A stretch of 64,000 nt of DNA from Felis catus. Lineage: Eukaryota. The position numbers and the translations under genes were made by a program. Below the pieces are notes generated by a model. That model was given only the letters and a program-made list of their open reading frames with translations, was not told where the DNA came from and ran no database searches. Shown in pieces: positions 13,979 through 27,456 of this stretch. The first letter of the stretch is position 1, and each line of letters starts with the position of its first letter. Location: positions 147,686,001 to 147,750,000 of the forward strand of contig NC_058368.1 in assembly GCF_018350175.1 (NCBI RefSeq), written 5' to 3'.

Positions 13979-14574
13979 AATTGCTGAGAAAAATTTCTCC
14001 TGAGAGTCTTCTTAAAAAAAACATTGTATTACACACTGCAGCATGTTCTCAACAGCATCTCCAAAATAGAAATAATTACAAGTTTATAGTATTTATTATT
14101 TCTCATGCCCTTAATTGTCAGTTGGTAGGATAAATCCAGAATCAATTCAATAAAAGCATTTAGATGAAAGACCGAAATGGCAGAATCCAAAGCTCTTTAG
14201 TGGTCTAGCCTGATCCAAGGATAAAGTTGAGATTATCAAATGGACTGGATGAACTGAGTATATCAGTGTATCACAGGAGCCAGAGCAAGTATCTTCTCTT
14301 CTGAAAGATTCTTCCAGTACTTGGGGATGTACTCTCATCGTTAATTCATGTCATTTATGCTTCATCTGTGTGGAACATAAAAGCTTCATTCTGTAAATGA
14401 GAAACTTCCAAGTTCTTGTTCTTCCAAATTATAAGAAATGTGAACATTTCTAACAGTTCACATGCTTTCACCAATACCAAAGGAGGTACTGTCAGTAAAT
14501 AGGAAAAACATTATGCTCCCCATGCAGCCTCATGATCACACAGTGCAAACTTCCCTTCATAAAATAGTCAAACA

Positions 14575-14827
14575 GGGGCGCGTAGGTGTCTCAGTCGGTT
14601 GAGCATGCAACTTCCTCGCAGGTCATGATCTCGCAGTTCACGTGTTTGAGTCCTGCACCAGGCTCTGTGCTGACAGCTCAGAGCCTGGAGCCTGCTTTGG
14701 ATTCTGGTTCTCCCTCTCTCTCTCTGCCCCTCCCTCATTCATGCTCTGTCTCTGTGTCTCTCTCAAAAATAAATAAACATAACATTAATTTATTAATAGA
14801 CATTAATACAAATTTTAAACAATAAAT
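14575..14827 (+). mobile_element. Can-SINE (SINEC_Fc-like) with extended AT tail
   Basis: ggggcgcgtaggtgtctcagtcggtt head; TSD aaaatagtcaaaca / aaaatggccaaaca. Confidence 0.93.
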
Positions 14828-16971
14828 AAAATGGCCAAACAACCTATCTATAAATTTTGAGACAAAAAAAAAAAAACAACACAAAAAAAACCATGTAAGA
14901 TCTAGGAATAGTGTCAAAAGTAAATAGGGACTCATTCTTTCAAAGCCAAACACAGATGTAAACATTAGTTTAATGAAATGGTGCAAATTAAGGAAAATGC
15001 TATGCCTTATTATTTAACAAACAAACTTGTTCACTCCTTTATTTAATACATCACTGTCAGGCATCATGCCAAGTGTCATGATGTTGGTATGAATAGCATT
15101 CGGAGTTTGCATTTCATTGGAGGGGACAGTCAAAAAACAAATGAAAAATAAACATGATCTTGACAATGGCTATGAGGACAAAATGCTGATTATGAGAACA
15201 GCAAGCTGAACTTAACATTACAATATTGAAGGGTATGTCAGCAAAGAAACTGGTAACTTGAATAAAGATTCCTGAGTTATGGGGTCAGTTCTAACAGTAG
15301 CTTTTCTAGCTTATAATTCATTTTAGGCTAGGCCTAATTTTATTCAGGCCCAAAACCTTACTGGTCTTGTCATTTGCATGACTAAAAAAGAGACCTTCTT
15401 GGAGTAGGATAGAAAAAAAAAATCAGCTGAAATTGTTCTGGTAAAGGTTGCTTCATGCCAAACAGGCAATAATAAGGTAATAAATAAGACTTTATATGAG
15501 TTCATGGAAAGAACTCATTAAAAGATGACTATATTCTACTCCAGAACTTTTGTCCTAGGTAGTCTGCAAAGTAGAATTTCAGATTTTAGATTATTGCTCT
15601 TATGTGGAGAGTCTGGCTGTACTTGTGATATCGTTTATTGTAATTAAATAAAGTGAGATGTGAATTTATCTTTTTTGATATTTCTTCTCTTTCTTAATAG
15701 GATTTTTAAGTGAACATAATTCTTAATTTAAGCTTTATTTTACTAAGTGATACATCTATCAGTGTTTTAGTACCAATACAGATTCTCTCCTTTTCAAAAC
15801 TGATTGATGAAAAGTTCAGATTCCCTAAGAAAAAAATAAGTCTCTAATTTTTCTCTTATGCATGAATTTTACCAACACTAGTAGGGACTGTTTCCTGATT
15901 TATTATGTCTGCGGCCATTCTGTTATTGCAGTGTCCATGAAGGAATATTTTCTGTGCTTCATAATTGAGAAATAAGACATGGACAAATGCCTTCCTCTGT
16001 CTCCAGAGAATATTTACAAGAATTAAGGCTGAAGTGCAAGTGATTTCAATCATCAGAACAGTGTGATAATCTCAAAGGAAAAAAATAAAAACTTATAGCC
16101 TCTTTATGCTATTAAAAATAGAAATCATAAAAATGGAAACATCTCCAACTACTGGGTCATTCAGTAGGTGTTATTAATTCGGGAGGCTGTTCTTGGCAGC
16201 AAACCAGAAACTTCCATTTGTGTCAAGAGTCCTGAACCTGTTCCACAATGAGAAGTTACTTAGTTCTCTACTGACATTCTCAAAGAAAATGGCTTATCCC
16301 TGCAATTCACTTGATAGTAAAACTATGCAAATATATCCCAGGAGGAAATGCTAACTTTGAACAAAGAAGGAAATTTCATTGATTATTTGCTTGTTTCCAG
16401 ACTTGGAAGCTGGAGAATGACTCAGTCTCTGATAGAAAACACCCTATTTAAATCCTTAATTCATTCCTGAGCTACAAAAATTTGTATTTGTTATTGTCTT
16501 TTGAAGTAAAAAATGTAAGTGAAATCATATTCTGTTCTATATAGTCATTATCAGCAGGCATAGTATGAGGCAGAAATCTGAAGCATATATTTATTGAACC
16601 TGAAATAACGGAAATCCAAATGTTTGGAAAATACTTAACAAATTTAAAGAAATAATCTGAGATAACTCCAATGCAGATAAAGATTCAACACCAAGAAAGA
16701 AAATCAGAGTATTTACCATTATCTAAGAAGATAAAGTATTAGCTGCAATCATATTTTTTTTTTTTTTCAATTAACTGCATGCCTGTCAGGGAAGATGGCA
16801 GTTGTACTAAAAGCTGTTTTGCAGAACCTGAGTGACATGCAAGACTAAGAGGCTTAATCATTACATTATTACTAGTTGGTGCTCATCAAAACTCTACTAG
16901 GCCAGTCAGGTGGTCTCTACAGGAAGGCCAGTGGTAATTCTTTTCTCTTTTTAAAGACAACAAAATATATC

Positions 16972-17070
16972 GGGGTCCCTGAGGGTGGAGCATGGGACTC
17001 CTGATCTCAGGATCATGAGTTCAAGCCCCACCTTGGGTGTAGAGATTACTTAAAACAAAAACAAACACAA
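16972..17070 (+). mobile_element. Short old-type Can-SINE (no CT tract)
   Basis: gagcatgggactcctgatctcaggatcatgagttcaagccccaccttgggtgtagagattacttaaaa. Confidence 0.8.
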
Positions 17071-17565
17071 AACAACTTATATATGATGCAGTCAGAGGAG
17101 CTCAAATTCCACTCCAATTGAAGACATTGAGATGTAAGGACAGGTTTACCATTAGCATTTGCAGGGCCTAGCACAAGAACCTAAATCAAGGATAGGGTAT
17201 AAACCTCAATCTTAACAGTTATAAATGAAGCCACAGATTTTAAGTAAACCATGTTTCATCTTCCTTCCTGGATATCTACAAGTATCAAAATAATATTTAA
17301 AACACCCATGTTTTAACATGTTTAAACTTGGTAAAATATTCTAAAAATTAAATTCAATGATTACTGCACATGTCTGGGTATTCCGGCAGAGTCTGAATGA
17401 GTAGTAAGGACAATTCATATTTTTGTTTTTCTATTAAATGCAGGTGCTTTGATTTAATTTCAGAAATAAAATCTCTTATTATAATTAGGATGTTCGTGTA
17501 ACTTGTGCTTTGTTGAGAGTAATACCATATTAAACTTTCTTGAGTGATTCTAATTCTTACATATA

Positions 17566-17635
17566 TATTTTTATTTTAATTCCAATATAGTTAATATACA
17601 GTTAGTTTCAGGTGTACAATATAATGATTTATACA
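17566..17635 (-). mobile_element. Very short L1 3'-end fragment
   Basis: ttttattttaattccaatatagttaatatacag...tttcaggtgtacaatata; splits the hATC motif. Confidence 0.6.
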
Positions 17636-17910
17636 TATTTTTAATATTAATTTCAGTGTAAAAAAGTTTGCTGGGAACTGCCAGGTGAAGTATCTAAGAT
17701 TAGCATACTCATATCTCAATTTGGAAAAAGCTGTTCATTTTACAGTGAATGTTAAGGGCTCAGACACACAAGACTGCCAAACACTACAAGGTACAAACAC
17801 TGTAATGGACTTCTATATGATTAATTTGTTTAAAAAAGACATATTTTAATTTTTTTTATAATTTTCATGTGGCTTAAAAATTATATCCCACTTCTGAAGT
17901 TCTAATTTTA

Positions 17911-18150
17911 TTTTTTTTTTATTTTTCTTTTTTACTGAGAGAGAGAGAGCAAGACAACATGAGCAGGGGAGAGGGGCAGAGGGAGGTGGGGGGAGGGAGA
18001 GAGAGTGAGAGAGAGTCTCTCAGAGTCTCTCAGGCAGGCTCCATGTTCAGGATGGAGCCTGACAGAGGGTCCTTGCCAAGACCATGAGATCATGACTTGA
18101 GCCAAATCAAGTGTCAGACTCTCAACTGACTGAGCCACCTAGTCACTCCA
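17911..18150 (-). mobile_element. Can-SINE
   Basis: Perfect 15-bp TSD gaagttctaatttta at 17896-17910 and 18151-18165. Confidence 0.93.
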
Positions 18151-18263
18151 GAAGTTCTAATTTTAATGCTGGGATATCATAAAGAAAGATTTTAAATGCA
18201 CTCTGTAGACAACTTTGTTAAAATGTGTCTTCAGCTAGAAATATACCTTGATATATCTATACA

Positions 18264-19150
18264 TTGTGATTGCTAAAAATATATATATATTTTATATATA
18301 TATATATATTATATATATATAATATATATATTATATATATATATATATTATATATATATAGTCTTCATCCCTTTTCTTGTAGAGACCTAAAACCCTTGGA
18401 ATCTCCTGAGTGGTAAGACCCATACAGGTGTCTTTTATTATTCATAATAAGTGCCATTCAACCATATCTGGGTTGATGTTAATGAAGTGATTTCTAGAAA
18501 CCCCCTGAGGGTGGAAGGTGGTTACCAGGAGAACTATCCATATAATTTCAGGGTTGGAACTTTTAGCACTGCCCTCTAAAAACCAGGGCAAGGAGAGGGG
18601 CTGGAGAATGATCAAATCATTGACTTTTTGTGATTAATGAAGCCTCCATAAAAGCCGAAAAGGACTGGGTTCAAAGAGTTTCTGGGTTGGAGAATTTGTT
18701 AAAGTAGCAGTGGAATAATCCACCTAGAGAAATCATGAAAGCGTTGAGCCTGAGCCCTTTCCTTATACTGTGCTCTATGCAACTGGCATTCCTGAATTGT
18801 ATCCTTTTAAAACAAATGGCAATCTGGTAAGTAAACTGGTTTCCTGAGTTCTGTGGGCCATTCTAGCATATTAATTCAACCCAAGATGGGGTCACGGGAA
18901 ATCGTAGCCAGTCCATCAGAGGAACAGGTGACAACCTGGTGTCTGAAGCAGTCGAGCTGTCTTGTGGGACTGAGCCCCTAACCTGTGGGATCCATCAGAT
19001 TGACAATTTAAGAATTGAATTGACTGACCCAGCTGGTGTCTGGAGAATAGGGGAATTTATTAGCATGGAAAACCCACACATTTGTTGATCCTAAGTGTCA
19101 GAAGTATTGAGAGCAGTGCTTTGACTAGAGAAAGCAACAATAGTTTTGTG
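18264..19150 (+). mobile_element. MER21-like ERVL solo LTR
   Basis: cctaaaacccttggaatctcctgagt; ggttggaactttt; ttcctgagttctgtgggccattctagc; cttgtgggactgagcccctaacctgtggga. Confidence 0.8.
18279..18360. repeat. Interrupted (TA)n microsatellite
   Basis: About 82 bp of A/T only, mostly alternating. Confidence 0.95.
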
Positions 19151-19459
19151 TTTTTTTATGGAGGCAAAAATAATGGTATGTGCTGTAATTAATCTCAGCA
19201 TTCATTGTATGAGCTTCCACTGTCACAGAAATATTTATTTCCTTGCTGTATTTTCATTATATTAGAATATCAATTTTGTCATGTATTCTTGAAAATCTCA
19301 ATTTCCTGTAAATATTTTATAATTATTTCAACAATCATTTTAAGTACAATTGTTAGTTTTCTTTGGTAAGTTTTTTACTGACATTAGTACCAAGTAGAAG
19401 GTTATACCCAACTGATAAAGTAGGCAGTTAGATATGAGCAGGGGACAAGAGCTGTCCAC

Positions 19460-19900
19460 TGATAAAAGGGTGCAAACCAAGTTCAAGTAGCTGGGACAGA
19501 CCCCAGGGGATATGCTCTCATTCTCTCCTATGACCACTTTCCTCCTGTAACCTATAGCTTCATTATAATGCATTTTCATTGTAGTTTTAACCCCCTGGTG
19601 GACGAAGACTGCCATGGCTGTTTCCGCAAGGACCACACAGGGCCCTAAAATTCCCCCTCTCCCAACAGGTAGGAGAAGTCCCTTAGATGACTGGCTGCAA
19701 CCCAGTCAGGAACCGCCCCAACTATGACCCATAACCTATTCAAACATAAAAGAACAACCCTGAATCCGTGCTGCAGCTGTCACCTCTGGGTCTACCCCCC
19801 TTTCCCATCTTGAGAGTATATTTTCATTTAAACTACTCGTAAACCCTTGCTTGCTTCAGAGTGTGGCTCTGAATTCTTTCTTGGCAGAACTCAAGAACAG
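19460..19900 (+). mobile_element. ERV1-type solo LTR (carnivore)
   Basis: GC-richer island with TATA-like cataaaa and U5 motif ctgaattctttcttggcagaactcaagaac. Ends approximate. Confidence 0.6.
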
Positions 19901-22539
19901 AGGCCAGGGAATGGGATTGCTATAGAAATGACTATTTATAAAGCGAATGACCTCTAATGACCCTAATTTAGTTTATAGAAACCACGATTTTCTCTTAAAA
20001 ATTGTCATTTCAGTAGTTTTTCTTATGCATCTTGATAAACTTAATCAAATTGCTTTAATACAAATTAGCTGACAGTCATGTGTCTGAGAGTGTCTGTAGG
20101 GTCAAGTTAGATATATGTTCCATTCACCAATATGTTTCATTTTGTGGTTGATTCAAAATATACTATATTGAATGAATTCTTACCAAAAATATCAGCATTT
20201 TGATGATGTCAAAATGCTGATCTTTTGATGATGTCAAAATGATGACATTTTTGGTAGCAATCCGGTAACAACCAAGGCTATGACCTGTATAATCAAATTT
20301 AAGCTAAGTGGTATATATGGCACACGCACACACATAAAATATGCTTCTGGATTTGGGGCCAAAATGCCAATAAAGCTCATTACATTGTCATATGTTTGTC
20401 ATTAATATTTTAGATTTTTTTTAATATCGAATTTTTCAAGTTTCTTCATGCAGGTTATATATAAATATAGACTAAGAATGTAATTGCATAATATACCAAA
20501 CATTCCTTAGCCATCATGTGCTACCATGAGAATATGCATTAATTTGTCTTATCTCTAGATAAAGGAAACAAGAAAAAATGGATACTTAGCACTGCCAGAA
20601 AATGATACTTCTTTATGAAAAGGCTACTGCATTCATCTTCTCTGAAAGGAGGAATGTGACAATTTAATTTGTTTTTATCTGTACACTTCTCCCATTCAAA
20701 TCGTCCCCATACTCTGAAGCAGTGTCCATCTCCCACTTTGGCTGTGGCACTACCTGCACATCTTTACCTCATTTGAATATTATTGCCATGTGTTAAAGAC
20801 ACAGGGCAAGAGATGTCAAGACTTTTCTGGGCTTCTTTGAAGCAGTTAACATTCTCTGATACTAGCAGCCCAGGGCAGGGTCTAAAAGCCAAACTGTCTA
20901 CGACAAGGTATTTAATTGCTCAAGATTTATGGCCATTTGGCAATAGTTTCCTGATTCCCTGTGCAATGCTTTCTTTCCCCCCCCCCCATGCCATTTCCAG
21001 TGTAAATCTATATACAAATATTTTAGTATTACAAATTTTATCATTCAAAGAAAGCATGAGATAGATAGACTAAAAATGCCCTCCAGTAAACTGTATTCTG
21101 TGACTCTGGCATATCACGTATTATAGATATTATACACTTTACATAAAATGAAGAAAAATTTATGGGAGAAAAGGCCAATGAAGTGAGAGTTCAGAAACCT
21201 TAATTTTAATTTCACCTTCATAAATGGTTATGCAAATCTTCTAGTCTCTCCATTTCATGTTTTCTTATCTACATATTTTCTTATTTGTTTTGCCTAAGAT
21301 GTTTTTTAATGTATGAGCCTATGAATATTTGTAGTTTATGGAAAAGTTCGAAAAAGAAGTCTTAGATAGAACTATTATTTAATTACATGTTGGTGGAGAC
21401 TTTTTTCCACACACAAAAAAGAAAAATGCCCTGCATTTTCTTCCAAAGGTGCAGTTTTCAAAATGGGCCCCCAGAAAGAGTATTATCTGCATAATATGAC
21501 AGTATGTCACAGAAGTAAATTCTCAAGTTTGAGAACCTCTACTCCACAACCACTGGAGTACCACTGCTCTAGATACATTTATATTTAGAAAGATTTAAAG
21601 AGCAAGTGATAAAATTTGAAGGAACTAATTATAGAAGCATTTGACAGATATTAAAGATAGAAACTGTAGGTTTATATAAATAAAGCTGTATAAATGTAAC
21701 CTTCCCAATATATAATACATAATTAAATGGTAATGCTCATCACCTATTTTCTCTGAGAAAAGGGTAAATCATTTGAGGCCCTAAGTGTCTTTCTATTAAC
21801 CACAATAGCTAGTCCTTCAAGTAATTCAAACAGGGTCTACATTATTCCAGGTGGCACCAAAATCCCAAATGTGGCCAAGTGAATGCTTCTAGCCAAGAGT
21901 CCAGGAGTCCCAGAGAGCTTAGATTTAAGTATACAAAGAGGACCAGCACTCTCCAATCATTGTGAAGTGAGAAGCCAATATTTCCAAGGTTTTTTTTACA
22001 AGAAAGCAGTAATTTTTAGATTAATGACTCAAATTTCAAAAACCATACTTTGAGAAATGGCATTAAGCCCAATAGCTAAGTTATCAATGTTCAAAGAAGC
22101 AAATATCTAGGATATGTGAGTAGTAAGAAGGACAGGCTCATGGAGAGCCAGTCTCTAGAAGAATAACGTAACTATCCTTGCTTAATCTCATTTAGGTTAA
22201 TCAGGAATTAAATAGAGAAAAAAAATTAACTACTGATACCACAAATCAGGGTGTGTTATGATGCAATAGGTTTAGGAAACTCATTTTGCTGTGTGATTTT
22301 AGTCATTTGATGTTAATTAGGAAGCATGTTTAATAAAGTTACATGTGCAGAAGAATCAGCTAGATATGGTTATTCATCAACATGTGAATTGGGTGGATTG
22401 ACTATTTTAGTTCACATAGTGCATGTATAGAATGCAGTAACAAGGCTCATTGCTTCCTGCGCATGTATACCTTACTTCAGCATGACAGAAGTAACAAGAA
22501 TACATTTATGTACTGAGGAGCTAAGAATAGCAAAAGATT

Positions 22540-22761
22540 GGGGTGCCTGGGTGGCTTAGTCGGTTGAGCATCTGACTTCGGCTCAGGTCATGATCTTATA
22601 GTTTGTGGGTTCGAGCCCCACATCAGGCTCTGTGCTGACAGCTTGCTCAGAGCCTGCAGCCTGCTTCAGATTCTGTGTCTCCTTCTCTCTCTCTGACACT
22701 CCCCTGGCTCATGCTCTGTCTCTCTCTCTCAAAAATAAATGTTTAAAAAAAATTATTTAAA
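22540..22761 (+). mobile_element. Can-SINE (SINEC_Fc)
   Basis: Perfect 17-bp TSD aagaatagcaaaagatt (22523-22539 and 22762-22778). Confidence 0.96.
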
Positions 22762-25622
22762 AAGAATAGCAAAAGATTAAAATAGAGATAACTTTGAAGA
22801 AATGGAAGAATTAAAAATTCTGGGAATACACCAATATCCCCTTAAGAGATATTGATTAGCGACAGTTATGTCAAAACGTAGTGTTATTAAAAGCTAGATA
22901 AAGCCTGAAATCACTCAAAAAAATAAATGAGGAAGTTGAACTTACAGTATGAAAACATCAGAAAGAACTATGCAAAATAGATACATAATTTAGTTTAATA
23001 GGACAATTTAATACAGTTAATATGTAGAACATTTTCCCTTTTTGAAGTATACAGAGAAAGATGGAAAGAAGTTGGTATCATTCTATAGATTTCTGTTATT
23101 ACTATCAAAAGTCCTATCAAACCAGACTCCTTAAAATTACTATTTCTCTAAACTCAAATTACAAGTCCCAAGTATTTAACTGTTCACTGATATTAAAGTA
23201 ACTTTGGATCAATATTATTATGCACTCTTTAAAAGGCAATTAACAATATTCAAAATATTTTAATTAAGATTTCATATATTGATATTTGCATTGAGAGTAA
23301 AGCATATTATCAGTGATGTTTTCTGGCATACCAAAATATTCTCATATAGCTAAAAATTCATTATTTTGTGAAATTCAGTATTCAAGTTCAAAGAACTATT
23401 TCTAAAAATAAAATGCATCATCAGATTTCTTAAGCTTTCTACTATCTTAACTATAGACACGTAGAAGAATTTCAAGTAATTCCTTTGAAAGCCTAGTTTA
23501 TCACTGCAGTTGTCTTCATACTAAAAAGTTTTGGGTTTCCATTCTGGCATGTAAGAAGCTTCAAAGTTGCTATTCCATTCTGACATGAAGTAAAAAGTTA
23601 AACAGAAAAAATTCAACAACTCTAGTTAGATTCTTTAAGAATAGTAAGGTCACAGAAAACAGTACTACCCCCCAAATTGGAGAGACAGGCAAATACAGAG
23701 CATTACAATTATCAGAACAGAAATACATGAGCAGAAGCCTCCTTGGGAACCAGTGCAAGGTAAGAAAATCTACACTGTTAACAGACTAGTTCTGGAGACT
23801 CCTTATGGCCAACTTTAAGACTAAAACCTCCAGGGAGATCCAGTCACAGGGAGGCTTCCCCATTTTTGTGGAAAAACTTTCAGTGAATATGAGAGAGAAA
23901 TCAGTTTATGCTTCCAGCAGGGGAGAAGAAAAGCAACCATTTTGAACAATACTAGAGTACTCTGTCCTTAACAAGGTCTTCCCTCACCTAACCTGCTGGG
24001 ATTTTATCAAAGCCTAAACCAGGAGAAGGGAAATGCTTCATTGCAGTCCACTCTAGACATCCTGTTCTGCTTAAGTGGTGACTGGACTGAGAAACACTTG
24101 TCAAGTTCACAGTCTAGAGGCATAAGCTCACTAAAAGACTGAATCCTAATCCAAGGACTATAGAATGCTTTCCCCTTTGCCCCACACTTCACGACAAAGC
24201 CTGTTTATAGCAGTTCTTTTTACCTAGTACATCATGTCTGGCTAACACGAAAAAATTTACAAAGCATACCAAAAAGAAAAAAAAAATAGAGCAAGCATTA
24301 GAACCAGATATGGCAGGGATATTGATTTATCAGAGTAGGAATTTAAAACAACTGTGATTAATAATCTAAGGGCCCTAAAGGACAAAGCTGACAGCATGCA
24401 AGAACAGATTGGCAATGTAAATGGAGAGCTGGAGATCCTAAGAAAATCAAAAAGAAATTCTAGAGATCAAAAATACTACAATAGAAATGAACACCTTTGA
24501 AGGGCTAATTAGTACACTGGACATAGCTGAGGGAAGAATCTGAGAGGATTTATCAACAGAATCCTTGAAAACTGAAAAAAAAAAAAAATCCAAAACCTAT
24601 GAGGCAACTGCAAAAAAGTATAACAAATGTGTAATGGGAATACCAGAAAAATAAGAAAAAGAAAATGTTTGCAATGATAATGAGTGAGAATTTTCCCAAA
24701 TTAATGTCAGACACCAAACCACAGACCCAGGAAGCTCAGAAAACATCCAGCATAAAAGTGAAAAAAAAAACTGTATTATTCATGTAATTTTAAAACTACA
24801 TAAAATCAAAGATAAAAATTCTTTCCTACACAGGGACAAAGATAATTACAACCAACTTCTCAGAAAATATGCAAAAAGCAAGTGGAGTCAAGTATTTAGG
24901 GCTGAGAGAAAAAAACCAACAACCTAGAGGTTCTATATCCTCTGAAATTATTCTTCACAAGTGAAGAAGACATGAAGACTTTTTCAGACATACAAAAATT
25001 GAAGGAATTTGTTACTAATATGCCTGCCTTGCAAGAAATGTTAAAAGACGTTCTTTAGAGACACAAAACTAATATAGGTTACAAACTCCAAAGTATGTAA
25101 AGAAAAGAAGAGCACTGAAGAATGAATAATTGAAGATAAAATAATGACTTTCCTATTCTTAATTCATCCAATAGTTAAAGTTTCCAAATAATAGCAATGA
25201 TGTATTCAATTATGTTATACTTATGTATGCATATATATTATTGTATCCTTATTCTAAGTTATGTGAATTGCTACAATGACACAAGGGACAGGAAAAATAA
25301 TTAGGATTGTTTTTATAAGGCATATATACTACACAAGAAGCAGTAGAGTATTATTTGGCAGTGTACTTGAATTAGTTTTAAATGTATATAGCAAATTCCA
25401 GAGCAGCACCAGTGACAATGAAAACAATAAAGAAGAAATAAAATTGATACACTAAGCAAGGAAAGAATGAGATCCTAAAATGCTCCATTAAATCCATAAA
25501 TGACAGAAAAAAAGTGAAATAGAAAAACAGGATCGAGAAATATGGGCAGCAAATATAAAAGTAACAAATATGGTAGATTGTAATCCAACTATATCAATAA
25601 CTACTGAAAAGTGATCTACATT

Positions 25623-25841
25623 GGGGCGCCTGGGTGGCTCTGTCGGTTAGACGTTCGACTTCAGCCCAGGTCACGATCTCGCGGTCCGTGAGTTCGAGCC
25701 CCGCGTCGGGCTCCGGGCTGATGGCTCAGAGCCTGGAACCTGCTTCTGATTCTGTGTCTCCCTCTCTCTCTGCCCCTCCCCCTTCATGCTGTGTCTCTCT
25801 CTGTCTCAAAAATAAATAAAAACGTTAAAGATTTAAAAAAA
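25623..25841 (+). mobile_element. Young Can-SINE (SINEC_Fc), CpG-rich
   Basis: Retains many CpGs (gttcgagccccgcgtcgggc); TSD aaaa(g/c)tgatctacat. Confidence 0.97.
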
Positions 25842-25969
25842 AAAACTGATCTACATGAACAAATTAAAAGATTGTCAGAGTAGATCAAAAAAGACCCAAA
25901 TATATGTTGTATACAAGAAATCAATTTCAATTAGAAAGACACATACTTATTAAAAGTAAAGGGAGAGTA

Positions 25970-26850
25970 TCAAAACAGTACAGTCCTGGGCACAAAAATG
26001 AACACATAGATCAGTGGAACAAATAGCCCAAAAATAAACCCACACTTATCTGGTCAATTAATCTATGACAAAGGAGGCAAGAATACACAATGGGGAAAAA
26101 GCAGTAATTTTCAATAAAGGGTATTGGGAAAAGTCAATAGCTACATGTAAAAGTATGAAACTGGACGACTTTCTTATACCTTACTCCAAAATAAACTCAA
26201 AATGGGTTAAGGATTTCAATGTGATACCTCAAACCATAAAATTTCTCAAGAAAATTTAAGTAGAAAATCTCTTGGATGTCAACCTTAGCAACATATTTAT
26301 GGATAGGTTTCCTGAGGCAAGGGAAACAACAGCAAAGGTAAATTAGTGGGGCTAAATCAAAATAAAAAGCCTTTGCAAAGCCAAGCAAGCCACCCAAAAA
26401 ATGAACAGGTAACACAGTGAAGGAGAGAAGTTATTTGCAAATTACGTATCTGATAAAGGGTTAGTACTCAAAATACATAAAAAAATGTGTACAACTCAAC
26501 ACACCAAAACCTCCCAAAAATCTAATTAAAATGGACAGAAGTCATTAACAGACATTTCTCCAAAGAAGCCATACAGATTGTGAACAGACACATAAAAAGA
26601 TACTCAACATCACTCATCAGAGGGAAATGCATATCAAAACAATAGTGTTATATCACCTTATATCTGTCAGAATGGCTAAAATCAAAAATACAAGAAACAA
26701 GTGTTAGTGAGGATGTAGAGAAAAAGGAACCCTTGCACACTATTTGTTGGAATGCAAACTGGTACAGTCACTCTGGAAAACAGTATGGACATCTCTCAAA
26801 AAATTAAAAATAGAACTACCCTACAATACAGCAATCACATTACTGAGTAC
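25970..26850 (+). mobile_element. Nested younger L1 ORF2 C-terminal fragment without poly(A)
   Basis: Abrupt jump from host endonuclease-domain sequence to late ORF2 (tatgacaaaggaggcaagaatac; ggaacccttgcacact), then back to the endonuclease domain at about 26851. Confidence 0.75.
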
Positions 26851-27215
26851 TGTCAATTGGATATAATGAACATCTATACACTCCATCTTCCAACAACAGA
26901 AATATACATTCAAGCTCACATGGAACATTCACCAAAACAGACCACATCTTGGGCCATAAAACATATCTTAACAATTTAAAAGAATAGAAATCCTAGAACA
27001 TCTGCTCTCAAACCACCATGGAATTAAACCGAGAATCAATACAAAAAGACAGCTGGAAAATCCCAGAATTCTTGGAGATTAAATAACTTCTACTTAACAC
27101 TTAGGTGAAGGAAGAAGAAAAATACTGCAAAGAAAAAATGAAAAGACAAATCAAAATTTGAGGTATGCAGTGAAAGCAGTGATTAGAGGGAGATTCATAG
27201 CATTAAATGCATATA

Positions 27216-27456
27216 CAGTAAAACCTTGATTTGAGAGCATAATTTGTTCTAAAAACATACTTGTAATCCAAAACACTTGTATATCTAAGTGAATTTCAAG
27301 AACCGCTGGCTCAGTTGTGATCATGTGACGTTGGGCATCACATATTACTCATATTTTAAGACATCACTCATTCATCAAGTTAAAATTTGTTAGACACGTT
27401 TGCCTGTATTCCAGAACACTCAGAGAACAAGTTACTCACAACCCAACGTTTTGCTA
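27216..27456. mobile_element. Tc1/mariner Tigger-like non-autonomous element (carnivore)
   Basis: TIRs cagtaaaaccttg / caacgttttgcta with TA on both sides; the L1 reads through cleanly once it is removed. Confidence 0.8.

Larger units (their letters stand above)
17141..20100 (-). mobile_element. hAT-Tip100 (Zaphod-like) DNA transposon fossil interrupted by younger elements
   Basis: Minus strand 17445-17670 translates, with frameshifts, to FFTLKLI.K..VRIRITQE..MVLLSTKHKLHEHPNYN, matching the hATC dimerisation motif (FSKLKLIKNYLRS..QERL..LALLSIEHEL). The right boundary is a guess. Confidence 0.6.
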
